From: an uncultured Planctomycetia bacterium
GTDB taxonomy: Bacteria; Omnitrophota; Gorgyraeia; Tantalellales; Tantalellaceae
NCBI GenBank assembly: GCA_964572255.1
Contig: CAZNEE010000003.1
Coordinates: forward strand, 118,539-182,538
Direction of reading: 5' to 3'
Length of the DNA: 64,000 nucleotides
A program made the translations under genes and the position numbers. Numbering within the stretch: position 1 is the first letter of the stretch; each line of letters begins with the position of its first letter. This document shows positions 31,801 through 35,261 of the stretch, in pieces. The notes beneath the pieces were generated by a model, which had not been told where the DNA came from, made no database searches, and was given only the letters and a program-made list of their open reading frames with translations.

Positions 31801-34800
31801 CTTCTTCTATTTCCGCCCTTCTTTCCATTGCCAATTCTCTTTCAATAGCTTCTCTTTCTCTTGTAGCGTAATCTGTCACTCTGTCCTCGGAGCTCCTTAG
31901 AAGTTCCGTAAAAAGCTCATCGCTTAGTTCGAAATTCCTGACCGTTACGGGAATGAGCAGCTCACGGGGATATTCCCGTCCGGGAAAAGCCATTTCAAAC
32001 TCTTCGGCGCTCACTCTGTTAAATTCTATTATGGCGTCCCTTTTCTCTATCATCTTATCCAGCTGCGCGACGCTTTTTGCGAGCAGGGACCTTCCCTCAC
32101 CCTCATAAATATTGGGTCCAATATCCCAGATCCTCTTCACTCTTTCCTTAAGGTCATCAACGGATATTGCGTCCGATGCCAGGATCCTCTTGATGTATGC
32201 CGGTGCCTCATCGCCGGTTTCGATGCCCAGGTTTTCCAAGACCTGTTCTTTTGTCGCGGCCAGCTCGATCCGCTCTTCCGGGCTCAAGGGTATAACAGCT
32301 TTTTTGCCGGCCTCCTCCAGGATATCAAGAACTCCGGATTCTATATCCTCTTTTATCTCGGTGTACCTTTCTTCCGACATTGTTAAGTTCTGTAGGTTTT
32401 CCATCAGGACCAAGCCAAGCGGATATTCTCTCCCGGGAAGAGCTCCGAGGAATAAATTCTGCATCTTTGAATTGAACGCGGTCATGTCTTCTCTTCTCTC
32501 GGCTATCAAGTCAAGTTGTTCCGCGCTTCTGGCCAAAAGCGACCTTCCCTCTGCTTTTTCGTATATCTTAAAACCAAGATCGGATATCTTATCAACGCGC
32601 GCCTTTAGATCATCAACTGTCACCCCGCTGTCAGCGATTATCGCCGTTACATACTGCGCGGCGCCTTCTCCTGTTTCAATGCCGAGCGCCTGAAAAACAG
32701 CTTCCTTGCTTTCCGCGCTCTGGACAAGCCCCCATGACGCAGGCCTCAATACATCCGCGGGAGATATCATCCTTTCCCGTCTTGCGAGGACTATATCCCT
32801 CTGCCCTCTCGAAGCCGAATGAAATTCTCCCATTCTGTCCATCGCGAAAATCCTTAGTTCATCCCCTACCTTATCGACAATAGCGACTTCATTTCCTATC
32901 GGGTATATTTCGACCCTGTCCCTCCAGAAAGCTTCAAAATCATCGGGATGGATCTTGCCTTTCATCTCTTCGGGGCCTCTTTCCTCAAGAAGAGCGAAAT
33001 ATCTTTCCCTATACGAGGCGGCCCAATCCCTTAAGGCCTCGTATGCCTCCTTGGTAGTCATGTCATTCTCTAAAACAGCTCTTCCCATCGCATAAAAAAG
33101 AATGGCCTTAATGGTCTCGAGCTTGTTCTCCTTATCCTGGAAATACGCCTCTATCGCCAACTGGTACCTCCCGGTCTCAAGGAGCTCTTCGTAAGGTTTT
33201 TTCTTGTTGGTAAGAATCGCTACGTAGGGCCTTTCCTTGCCCGCTTCGAACTTGGGCACGATAACAAGATACGAAAGCCCTTTGTCGCGTATAAGCTTGT
33301 TGAGGCCTTCCGTGTGGTAACCCCCGGTTATGAGCGCTGCCACGTGTTTGCCTTCGGTTCTCATTCGCTTGATAGTGTTCTCCAGTATCGCGCTGTTTCT
33401 GGCCTCGGCGTCGTAATAAAACTTCATGGCTTTATTGCGTCCGCCGACTATCCTCGCCAGGTCGTACCCTCCCATTATCGGGACGCCGTACTTCATGCAT
33501 TTTGAGCTTATGAACCCGGCGAGAAATTGCGGCCTAATATCCCCATATTCTTCTTTAAGAGCCTCAAATTCTTCATTCGTAAGTTCCATGCTGTATAAGT
33601 TCTTCAAAAGGTGCGCGAACCGGATCATATCGAACATCTCCCGTTCATCGTTATTGCGGTAGAGTTTTTCTCTTATTTCACCTTCAAACTCTTCCACCTC
33701 TCGATGCAGTTCGATAAGCTGGACCGATTCGTAAATATTTATATAACGGGTGAAATTTATAAGGTTTGAATATCCCGCCGACGGTATGCCGTATTCTTCG
33801 GCCAGATCTATCAAGTAAGAATGGAACTCACCCTGCGAGATCTTGTTCTCCCTGAAATCGAGCGACTTGATCACGAGTTCTTCAAGCTCATCTTTTCCCA
33901 TCTCCTTGCTCAAAGCATCCATGAGCTTGCGCCGCTCGTAATTGGCTCTTGCGAAATTTATATCTTTCTCCAGTTCTATCGCCGTTAAAAGCTTTGATAA
34001 TTCCCTGTACCGGGAAGTATCCAGGTTATGTATATTCGCGAGTTCTTCCGCAAAATGCCAATGGTCTACAAAACTCAGCCTGCCTTCTTTATGCAGTCTC
34101 GAGTTCTTGTTGAATTTCCTTAAATTTTCGGAAGATATCTTTTCATCGAGAAGCGCCAGCTGATCTATCAGCTGCTCTATGCCTTCAACCTGGTAAGCTC
34201 TTTCTTTCGCTACTTTCTGGAAACTTTCCAGGTTTTTCTGATACAAGGACTCATCCTCAATACCGTAAAGAAGGACATCCGCCTCATCATGGGTGACCGT
34301 AAAAAACTCACCCGCGCTTAATTTTCCCTCCTTCATGAGGAACTCGGCGGCTTCATCCCGCACTTTCTTATCGGGGAATGTCCGCAGTATCGATGTATCA
34401 ACAAAACCTCTTGAACCTTCGATCGCTATAAGGTCCAGATCATATTTACTGACGAGAGTATCCAATAGATCGGCTATAGAATATTGGGCTGATAAGGAAG
34501 CATGAGCGTCCTGTATCTGGATGATGAGGTCCTTATCCTTGACAACCCCGGTTTCCTGTACTTCGGCAATGTCATAAGGAACTTTTATTCCCCGGGGAGT
34601 CACCCCTTCCGCCTCAGGCAGGACATCGGCTGCTTTTCCATGAGACCAAACGGGGCTTCCATCCTGAGTCCAGCCTATTTGCTGATGCAGGAAGAAAATA
34701 ATGACAAGAACACTTACGCATTTAATAAAAAAAACATGGCGTCTTCTCCAATCTGCCATGCCTGATGTATATATACTATCACTATCCTTTTCAATATTAT

Positions 34801-34858
34801 TAGAAAAGGCTATAGAAAGAAAATAACTCAAGTTGGTCTTTGAATTAAACCACTTCAT
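13817..34858 (-). CDS. Giant membrane protein of 7013 aa. It has a signal anchor, an N-terminal domain shared with the downstream giant gene, internal tandem duplications and many TM blocks.
   Basis: ORF track. The ATG at 34858 is preceded by a Shine-Dalgarno-like GGAAGGTGAGGG, and an in-frame TGA lies 2 codons upstream. The TAA stop is at 13817-13819 (..EEVIIRL*). Translation shows a hydrophobic anchor (CVSVLVIIFFL), a ~560-aa domain homologous to the start of the 1-13412 gene, two ~157-aa GIETGEG units, an acidic EIAEE/EVEVAE stretch, two ~670-aa tandem modules, at least 6 hydrophobic blocks including a multi-TM block, and PPVVVPPVVKPPVKP-type Pro-rich linkers. Confidence 0.85.
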   Translation of the reverse strand: MKWFNSKTNLSYFLSIAFSNNIEKDSDSIYTSGMADWRRRHVFFIKCVSVLVIIFFLHQQIGWTQDGSPVWSHGKAADVLPEAEGVTPRGIKVPYDIAEVQETGVVKDKDLIIQIQDAHASLSAQYSIADLLDTLVSKYDLDLIAIEGSRGFVDTSILRTFPDKKVRDEAAEFLMKEGKLSAGEFFTVTHDEADVLLYGIEDESLYQKNLESFQKVAKERAYQVEGIEQLIDQLALLDEKISSENLRKFNKNSRLHKEGRLSFVDHWHFAEELANIHNLDTSRYRELSKLLTAIELEKDINFARANYERRKLMDALSKEMGKDELEELVIKSLDFRENKISQGEFHSYLIDLAEEYGIPSAGYSNLINFTRYINIYESVQLIELHREVEEFEGEIREKLYRNNDEREMFDMIRFAHLLKNLYSMELTNEEFEALKEEYGDIRPQFLAGFISSKCMKYGVPIMGGYDLARIVGGRNKAMKFYYDAEARNSAILENTIKRMRTEGKHVAALITGGYHTEGLNKLIRDKGLSYLVIVPKFEAGKERPYVAILTNKKKPYEELLETGRYQLAIEAYFQDKENKLETIKAILFYAMGRAVLENDMTTKEAYEALRDWAASYRERYFALLEERGPEEMKGKIHPDDFEAFWRDRVEIYPIGNEVAIVDKVGDELRIFAMDRMGEFHSASRGQRDIVLARRERMISPADVLRPASWGLVQSAESKEAVFQALGIETGEGAAQYVTAIIADSGVTVDDLKARVDKISDLGFKIYEKAEGRSLLARSAEQLDLIAERREDMTAFNSKMQNLFLGALPGREYPLGLVLMENLQNLTMSEERYTEIKEDIESGVLDILEEAGKKAVIPLSPEERIELAATKEQVLENLGIETGDEAPAYIKRILASDAISVDDLKERVKRIWDIGPNIYEGEGRSLLAKSVAQLDKMIEKRDAIIEFNRVSAEEFEMAFPGREYPRELLIPVTVRNFELSDELFTELLRSSEDRVTDYATREREAIERELAMERRAEIEEEAAERVIEARYPRGLADQATELYNEAISLARSAREKLTPEVINEDAVNEAAELLARAETFKMRADVDAKLVQARMKRNLHIDLATQTAGAIKMARSRLDEIKAAEVAEIAEEKEIEEIAEEEVEVAEPIEEEEGIEIAELTEEEVEVAELAEEVEPGVTAPLEVASERWRIAVAKMDPLMDERVEANRRVVEAENRVIKALEAAGREDDVRVQMARDELEIAQVEAAGLNRKIRGNITSQEHFYFSVIEMYDEWLELARSEAKEPTLKEKTEKLVDLVQGNLAYWIARDYRVDNLELLIGKKLDILDFALEVIIAREKAPPLPKDIEQIKIQLEAAFDRLFIPGADGIAEREQEIKARMEGYLSDDIMLDFIVNAFLSSPDPERRGERIYIDNIERFERIADEVAVISGLMTENLIDLTFMEFQKEYLGYKKMPDEYRRIDAKARETEEVLRGLEDRLIGLFAGEFPELKIELRERLFTPNMRGIMRGFAIFAILAAITMGSIGCTAPNAYVHNIKPSTMGVQVAIKGEEEEKAAETEDVEAKLEEAERLEEAFGGRIKIRPAKEGPPVTLEPVTEEELWHGYMPSERIHQAFVGGLESSEVPGDVVLTPLMYLESGNRLIIVPKAEDMFDLTVKTEKGKVRWQLYSNVPRLFSRGVEAVKLNEAGELVDAEGKLITGDDVVKMIEEGKIKAIRDNETNNIYIVRKPEVIWVHKRAAGEEEKIGGQNFFPANIRTFDHMSAYSYQRGIAYMDNGDHLKAHQMLAEAMDQAAGELMALGMAQDDMDKYKAAADEGKFLDAYRALVRGVRTARIADREILANAEESVTVLMRMQREVDRFVKETVLEQLNTKVLPLFESEMGDMVPIIHELINIRSELREEFRFNDIMRSLRLAGPSGRAMVLGSKENPIPYSNKDFDLKQMVLKSKLLPDAQLDSLLPGGLTLYVGDTKGTRGMFFTFYPNGFTAGVKYKAHIEEGQAAIFSHITRGITDQGDVPIVFLPNEPDSEDFWDGVRIVAKHILFMVPSPVGIVGAGASLVDSAYEGGPIQDDVNEAVKDLPGGDEYRDRNLKVFQPGEETFTTYYEGTPLEQKISDRLIRQIDAHSSPVEGLEGRPLKELGEAEREMMIQSMAISIIGHPLGEKFRQLERVNAMVEEGATIEDVIHELFRSKDWENASDKKFRRDGKPADYLLNRTIWNIFRQRTGINRSAKSRDGRDNLVFIPVYTTPKEDAPYYIGATIEEHYSESGKLFETKIQDNKGTIIKRSTLPDGRVQEVRITAEHTEDDVKAKRFKYKKVILIDGNPTGSMSSIEVQYGLPEELVRTIERIYDVNMATNETRLTKTYITMEDSEGEIIKTYTIEPDFRAQEIEETPGMIDERGNIVIANQFKGRIAVNFPGRIEAESIESGAVELTQTDVELTGGAVNVLSTINIEKAANAEGYLIPEGSVANIEKSPDGRRIVKVTFLGPARPGIRRPFITSFESSFLGELDFNEKTLQLKGYRTVREFMEDVAVEGKAQLAVGERTMINGSRLRGIRTFTIDDAGRKVPKEMEFMVLNPDNTRNITYVNPEGSSRVYIMEGDQFEKQQVAIIGEGDNVIEVIAQGDVSFKGKLLMRQVPIPATGVVKGVETAEGLEDVELPSVSYPDLDVVDGTVAVYTYAEDGRTVKSVGIYSPLDRKEGRPRYPIMTISNPDGFAEGEGMDLDDPRNIKISGYTELAISRGHEITDDGTVVDILEFFDGTGALDKTVYDTDNPERGRVVYTETAPDRVYVEHEKTGLREVWHGTIEKGELVATVGIEGDLAYVDYVDDAEALRRAGEDPDLAGQTIIAMADDLDHLVRQVTGVTINPDGTVDKEEIKITATFEGEEETDTETGAKRFVVNAKNLAEADEAGNIRYVYDNVILPGKNIGRVSLVVREDGSTQEIEYEGNTSNVSKMTSFDKDDNIQEEILLPEPTDLRAERMKYQKIVYENGEPTDVTSTVNIQRGLIDKKGEVITRIIENVYDNATGNHINTYVTVQDSTGRVVKVYSVAPGLGEESVEEIAARTDERGRIIEPLRFRGKISVTYGDELGAASVDVGTLMLSAEDTLLTAEAVNILYTLDIPEDIEVEGYSIPAGSIAVVEKSPDAKRIVKVSYEAPAKPGIQRDLLVSFESPFLGELDFDEVELSVTGYERVRESTESVSIEGTAEMPVGERPVPEGSRLVGVRSFVIVEGEKVLEETEFIVFNPDGARNLTYINPEGTNLVYIFEGNKTEEQQVGVVAEGEDIIEVVRGGDILFKGRLYKDHKPLDVPGSVKGIRIGDALEELELPFTEFREQNILDRPGISYTYAEDGKTITEIGIYSPLKRTVREPRHLLVSITNPEGFAEGEGVSISEANDITFSGYTELTISRGHESLETGGTLDILEVYDARGALTKTVYDMNDPVIGRIFYTVDEADPNRVYVQHEATDMREVWFGKFEDRVVKGEIIARIGIEGNSAYLQYVDDAELLEKVGEDPDLAGQTIMTPADNFNRIEQQVAGVVINPDGTVDTSQKNVIAAFEGEEITDPLTGRKIFLVTAKDLTEPTETGDIRYEYEDRPFPGRKIGRLITITRADGSLERTQYYGYTARVKERVLSDEEGKEIYTRRFGYGQINGQPRVFETNTLIDEVAPAGYWITYETEAEISGIREDVQVDPDSGDVKPQDIGARIPFEDFMGGALRDLMFGEDAEVPSMTKDEFSTVLGWKKNLSEYSVRARNRILREAAGLKDIAIERYIEMYSSPKRPITPDDINLTTAEGREVLGTLIYWSGGHGIEDFDNVSFRNDFNDIAGRGSVKKYLKTVPGSERWTDTERFYRFTKFVGDLTGKKLRLGYSDEEVEGEIKAQIRIARGERIEKVVSQMEKNIQGSRLVRFLVTGGKITGAFFILFLGIAILLAKLRPAKKEEAEAPDQIEEAELAEREEPQVLISREVPQALVSEDLLGRHEEINRQISGLRDEGKFTQITPEEKEAITGALENYRDIEALSDGRLLEMLNTFDVFIYEVPQDVFITGQTTHIGISTKSIHITRNEFERLRRLGLESGIENGEDLFLAARFAHELYEVDGLNNYYVENTTGVWPNTRDWIKYTLRRRAGPEGVMEYEFSEEARNLIEHALMLHRGALKLESDILPEDYPDKSLIDEQIRLADSNISALQETPGLLPVLTDINIAADLINTAPLRYDFNAAEDRIEGIVDRITDTFWQAHGALEPIYYDRVGKKVKPAALMNWTSIPAFLAGIGFLSINMRNALETGLATGYGWSVWAAGAILLLYGIFTASRLIRDIVRSKKDKLARQAEAMDILQPELNEIISELEKLIDEGADGFTGEEWKKMLTFTTQPRYAAPADIIARETMEINLYDYMRYTREWIEFLRKNNTGDYILYSRFHTPKGDVQRNLPTFYLKGKEFTTIYRDNEYNKFTEVLPGAQRPVPEDVPYNGPREYHSRFGFTPVHQVPLTNLPTFAARLRERIESIDSLYREGKPLDFAVERDAGSREWRVKQVVRQAKGYGGVGPARSSTARGVERHGFRLKGAFVSLILFGLLSYFLRIMLTRVISIPETPDLNAVISVLTTITAAMMGYMVTVMIEKVVLFANSFRKRAKNEGVIDRDIARFVSARVSFEALSEILGEEEFIRRQNESVERLTQKGVFTGYDPEDPEVVSLVSQDMIESISNEYSGLKGWMRSWGKVEPSKWPLNRLRLEYPILEVITIANREDRQGLIDIIKSDERLAANYTPEEFDDMEAAVRYTHEDVMANLSLDDVRYMISTYGEELLPKYVIMDTTFGKGAGANFVRMVESAREVYERPIDIFPVMDDDDYLRVNISRRNLLSVLRGLVERGFIAFDEARIDAFRADETIDVGKILDEVKAYGEARGMEEDQAVMLLEEYEKDEKRRDKKYELTTGIQGGLDEIRYVLGGENIKLISPARKYILDLMAERGEVPPEGTLSDYRGNVNIVPVSDFGINYLKFQRKPRMKPPMNAEAVKAIQLFYAERGEPDPDYLELADEEDRFTRLLFRAKTAVWAMRERTVNEQISGIVNEEDEDRWLISYEPQRKELETEYTKAVNSLKEQLETDDAGIIDLLDRDQDEMRDYIARQAGQSDEDLARNRVIYMTWAFLKTYPPEIVGGQILPSEEFINSEFRLRNVPAVIQTELRLVPLYSPKWSILSYLDYLFWHATVQVGQTVAGFLFLGGTGNGFLWETLAYTKPVVDETGKVLEEVPLSVRANLQELLRPLREAIQSEETKREESIGSMSMARRFFRRLGLMISPDKEIKTPSAALREHLTQYQVSGAWDAMNQIEDAELGSRLALYRLKATRLVGSFTQVLEDLLPALGPGWLKQRIRWITLQAFWSIVSFGPAFWMFFGQHIGLGSVWSLIGSRNLMLAFGGFGSIIGIGLSIAGFLIFGVLFYKFGKALYTLRTRAGLERNEQWQVDPIKTMGWRKFQHMAYLSSTTFAGTLTAIMLGVPVIYFLATLAAESTFLPGAGPAGILISVLGHATREFLNVLFGYFPTTMVGGIFFLTPPVTLTLMVIITAATRAIMDEEATAEALRKRIEDKQFRKLKGIGDVHVADYAEPEEIIALLSPYEAELADVRSRIRELLEADTEPDEIVDQIREKSYAFGAYRELRLSLLNPERRDIERFQRALGEILEEVESIRRDALGAIHISPGVGVVGVLSFLTTGILYIGGWMPHWVLITGLVFSGILMALKGVDLLVRYVGKRQYAFIVGRRPKHALKFGALSPAMIHYWNNIAPASIQDIQRSFVPRYAGEFFWTRGRAAIVKFALGEIRTLKKRIQQLWLWTKYQGVILGLLFILPFMSIIGLSVLSNVQAARAEKARALVLEPTIRNYIEGNINLTPKQKEDLFKDEREGVKDLRGTMMVQLVDEYEKSVREDRITEAQRSFELLVLYTEFLRQRYQREGERWDFEYFTDHLQQMFARLGMLDEYYKLFGIDPDDVIKIDEENSSIRVSRKPGGTDYEINEDGTITFDVDLVQGENLAELEFELKEPVDMRGREFVFEFFIPEAYRENLAGHTIMIVAYDDENRPQTIIEMPGYSGGEESKFEIVEGELLEKLNTLRIKPEKPIGSAFNPARAKRFVIRVNRNFIKATSGQVRIGVPRIVPRASLAEEIIAPPVVVPPVVKPPVKPLFGIAPVFLFGLTQGEGFSPPGFLSNSAGNINSFYILLTLAIFVGIIYGGMFLFGRGRPKEPEEPELPQEAEPAPVYQVAEDGTITERYEDTREIKRIIEPDGKISEYAKDGRRILFCNPQEGKYFTYRVKKAIGKKDLYIIIEYEGVYQVETGQEELAGISEDQKRQEWVYVLTDIYDHTASLQEPVITDWVLDQVVVYDAEGKEEVEYRYVTQDDKLELNRRRAAAGMEIVDFPGNILESVFFAKDNVKFHFRKSEREYFGDPLRGKPFRIEYIGRNESDYVAYHTDDPRDMTIRNVARRTDDEKSLEISASLGESIIEGQIRPLLARVIPAIPPEVPPAPRGISGRGNIVMLMTVFGIGFLLASTAIIFNAYYPLNIAIQSFIARALPFISPTEMGATVIASSLIILAYQVITMIGEIFQGKAAPKPDIVVGILKGTVDEVVIERIERSDPSIRVVEVMPGKTETMIEELSKAAKDEGIDAVVLIDTPIAGYNRKEATELIIGTANKLRADVFTSKSMKKLDKINREILRLQQVRSMIRRTQEEKDEIDAKIKTLTGQKEELILSMNVGAIRGLVPSMSGLELRDLVHQLSIGGIEIIKSMELSEQSIYRLTIDIRHKDIYARIRTTDRTKAYAATGLVEGEPRYISEIARNVGEMRLIADTIRSMGLDKEKASRFIQVRVLDPNITEKNLDMMLEETGLVDVLDRGNIRLITQEDLTLERTLELARSTFPELDIVENPDALAIGDIANLVKTDADERIIQADRAPTFVQMVGEGVVSQRLVAILEIIANKGVISESLGEVNPKEGYKNWLIFEPIKPINFENLMEEMKRYEEVIIRL
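17150..18100 (-). other. Multi-TM block of the 7013-aa ORF.
   Basis: The translation contains WITLQAFWSIVSFGPAFWMFFGQHIGLGSVWSLIGSRNLMLAFGGFGSIIGIGLSIAGFLIFGVLFY, then LTAIMLGVPVIYFLATLAAE, then GILISVLGHATREFLNVLFGYFPTTMVGGIFFLTPPVTLTLMVIITAA. That is at least 6 consecutive hydrophobic helices. Confidence 0.55.
23780..27790 (-). repeat. Ancient in-frame tandem duplication of a ~670-aa module (two copies, ~2,005-bp period, ~50% protein identity) inside the 7013-aa ORF.
   Basis: Copy 1 reads TYITMEDSEGEIIKTY...KVTFLGPARPGIRRPFITSFESSFLGELDFNE...GIYSPLDRKEGRPRYPIMTISNPDGFAEGEGMD...AYVDYVDDAEALRRAGEDPDLAGQTIIAMADD...GVTINPDGTVDKEEI. Copy 2 reads TYVTVQDSTGRVVKVY...KVSYEAPAKPGIQRDLLVSFESPFLGELDFDE...GIYSPLKRTVREPRHLLVSITNPEGFAEGEGVS...AYLQYVDDAELLEKVGEDPDLAGQTIMTPADN...GVVINPDGTVDTSQK. 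Mirror antisense ORFs at 27117-27653 and 25110-25481 have homologous sequence with matching motifs about 2,010 bp apart. Confidence 0.75.
31330..31500 (-). repeat. Acidic low-complexity coding stretch (EIAEEKEIEEIAEEEVEVAEPIEEEEGIEIAELTEEEVEVAELAEEVEP).
   Basis: Residues ~1122-1176 of the 7013-aa ORF. The plus strand is rich in ttcctc/ctcttc. Confidence 0.7.
32190..32760 (-). repeat. Two tandem ~157-aa units (~470-bp period) in the 7013-aa ORF: QALGIETGEGAAQYVTAIIADSGVTVDDLKARV...EGRSLLARS and ENLGIETGDEAPAYIKRILASDAISVDDLKERV...EGRSLLAKS.
   Basis: GIETG falls at residues 726-730 and 879-883. The antisense ORF 32112-32693 shows the mirrored SPVSMP motif twice, ~470 bp apart. Confidence 0.6.
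33000..34760 (-). other. N-terminal ~560-aa domain of the 7013-aa ORF, paralogous to 11600-13412. It may be Tiki/TraB/ChaN-superfamily-like, with two G/D-x-x-H motifs.
   Basis: The shared block runs from ..FFLHQQIGW through IQIQDAHASLSAQYSIADLL (coding at ~34516) to HVAALITGGYHTEGLNKLIRDKGLSYLVIVPKF (coding at ~33325). The other gene has IINIQDCHSSLSAQYSIVEIL and RVAALISGGHHSEGLTDLMKEKGLSYLVLMPKF. The superfamily assignment rests only on the paired xxH motifs and is tentative. Confidence 0.5.
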
Positions 34859-34870
34859 CCCTCACCTTCC
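34859..34870 (-). promoter_or_regulatory. Shine-Dalgarno site (GGAAGGTGAGGG, core AGGTGA 3 nt before the ATG) for the 7013-aa gene.
   Basis: The plus strand reads ccctcaccttcc immediately 3' of cat (34856-34858). Confidence 0.45.
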
Positions 34871-34928
34871 TGCACCATTAAAATAGGATAAAATTATATC
34901 TAACTTTACTTTATTTTACCCTACTTTA

Positions 34929-34956
34929 AGTATAGCACATAAAGAGCTGCTGTCAA
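34929..34956 (-). promoter_or_regulatory. Sigma70-like promoter for the 7013-aa gene. The -35 is TTGACA (34956-34951), the spacer is 16 nt, and the -10 is TATACT (34934-34929) with an upstream TGn.
   Basis: Minus-strand sequence ...tctcTTGACAgcagctctttatgTGcTATACTtaaag... lies ~70 nt upstream of the ATG at 34858. Confidence 0.4.
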
Positions 34957-35099
34957 GAGAACTAGCAAACTTTTTAAAGATTTTTATTAAGTGGTGAAAG
35001 CTTACTTTTCCCTCTTAACTTAAAAATATAAAATATTATAAATAAAAGACTTACAGGTGGAATCGAAAACGGTAAGATGTTATTTTTTAAAAAGATCAA

Positions 35100-35140
35100 A
35101 TAAAAAACAGGCTACTCTCTCGAGCAGCCTGTTTTTTGCT
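35100..35140 (-). terminator. Putative bidirectional intrinsic terminator after the >=9569-aa gene. A hairpin at 35108-35131 is flanked by an A6 run at 35102-35107 and a T6 run at 35132-35137.
   Basis: The plus strand reads taaaaaaCAGGCTactctctcgAGCAGCCTGttttttg. An imperfect ~12-bp stem is followed by a U-tract when read on either strand. It is the last of four stem-loops downstream of the TAA at 35262. Confidence 0.45.
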
Positions 35141-35256
35141 GGAAGCCAGCAGGTGTGGTAGTGGCTTCCTTTAGCTAGTATTGCATTTCCTGGTGCGGGG
35201 TTTTTCGCCCCGCACCAGTGCTGGAAGCTGGTAGGTGTCTGGCAGCTTCCATAAAA
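35139..35256. repeat. Cluster of three GC-rich hairpins directly 3' of the >=9569-aa gene stop. Two are copies of one ~30-nt hairpin element: ctGGAAGCCAgcaggtgtggtagTGGCTTCC at 35139-35170 and ctGGAAGCTGgtaggtgtctggCAGCTTCC at 35221-35250. They flank CTGGTGCGGGGtttttcgCCCCGCACCAG at 35190-35218.
   Basis: I read the inverted repeats directly. The two 8-bp stems are perfect and the central stem is 11 bp. Confidence 0.55.
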
Positions 35257-35261
35257 ATCCG

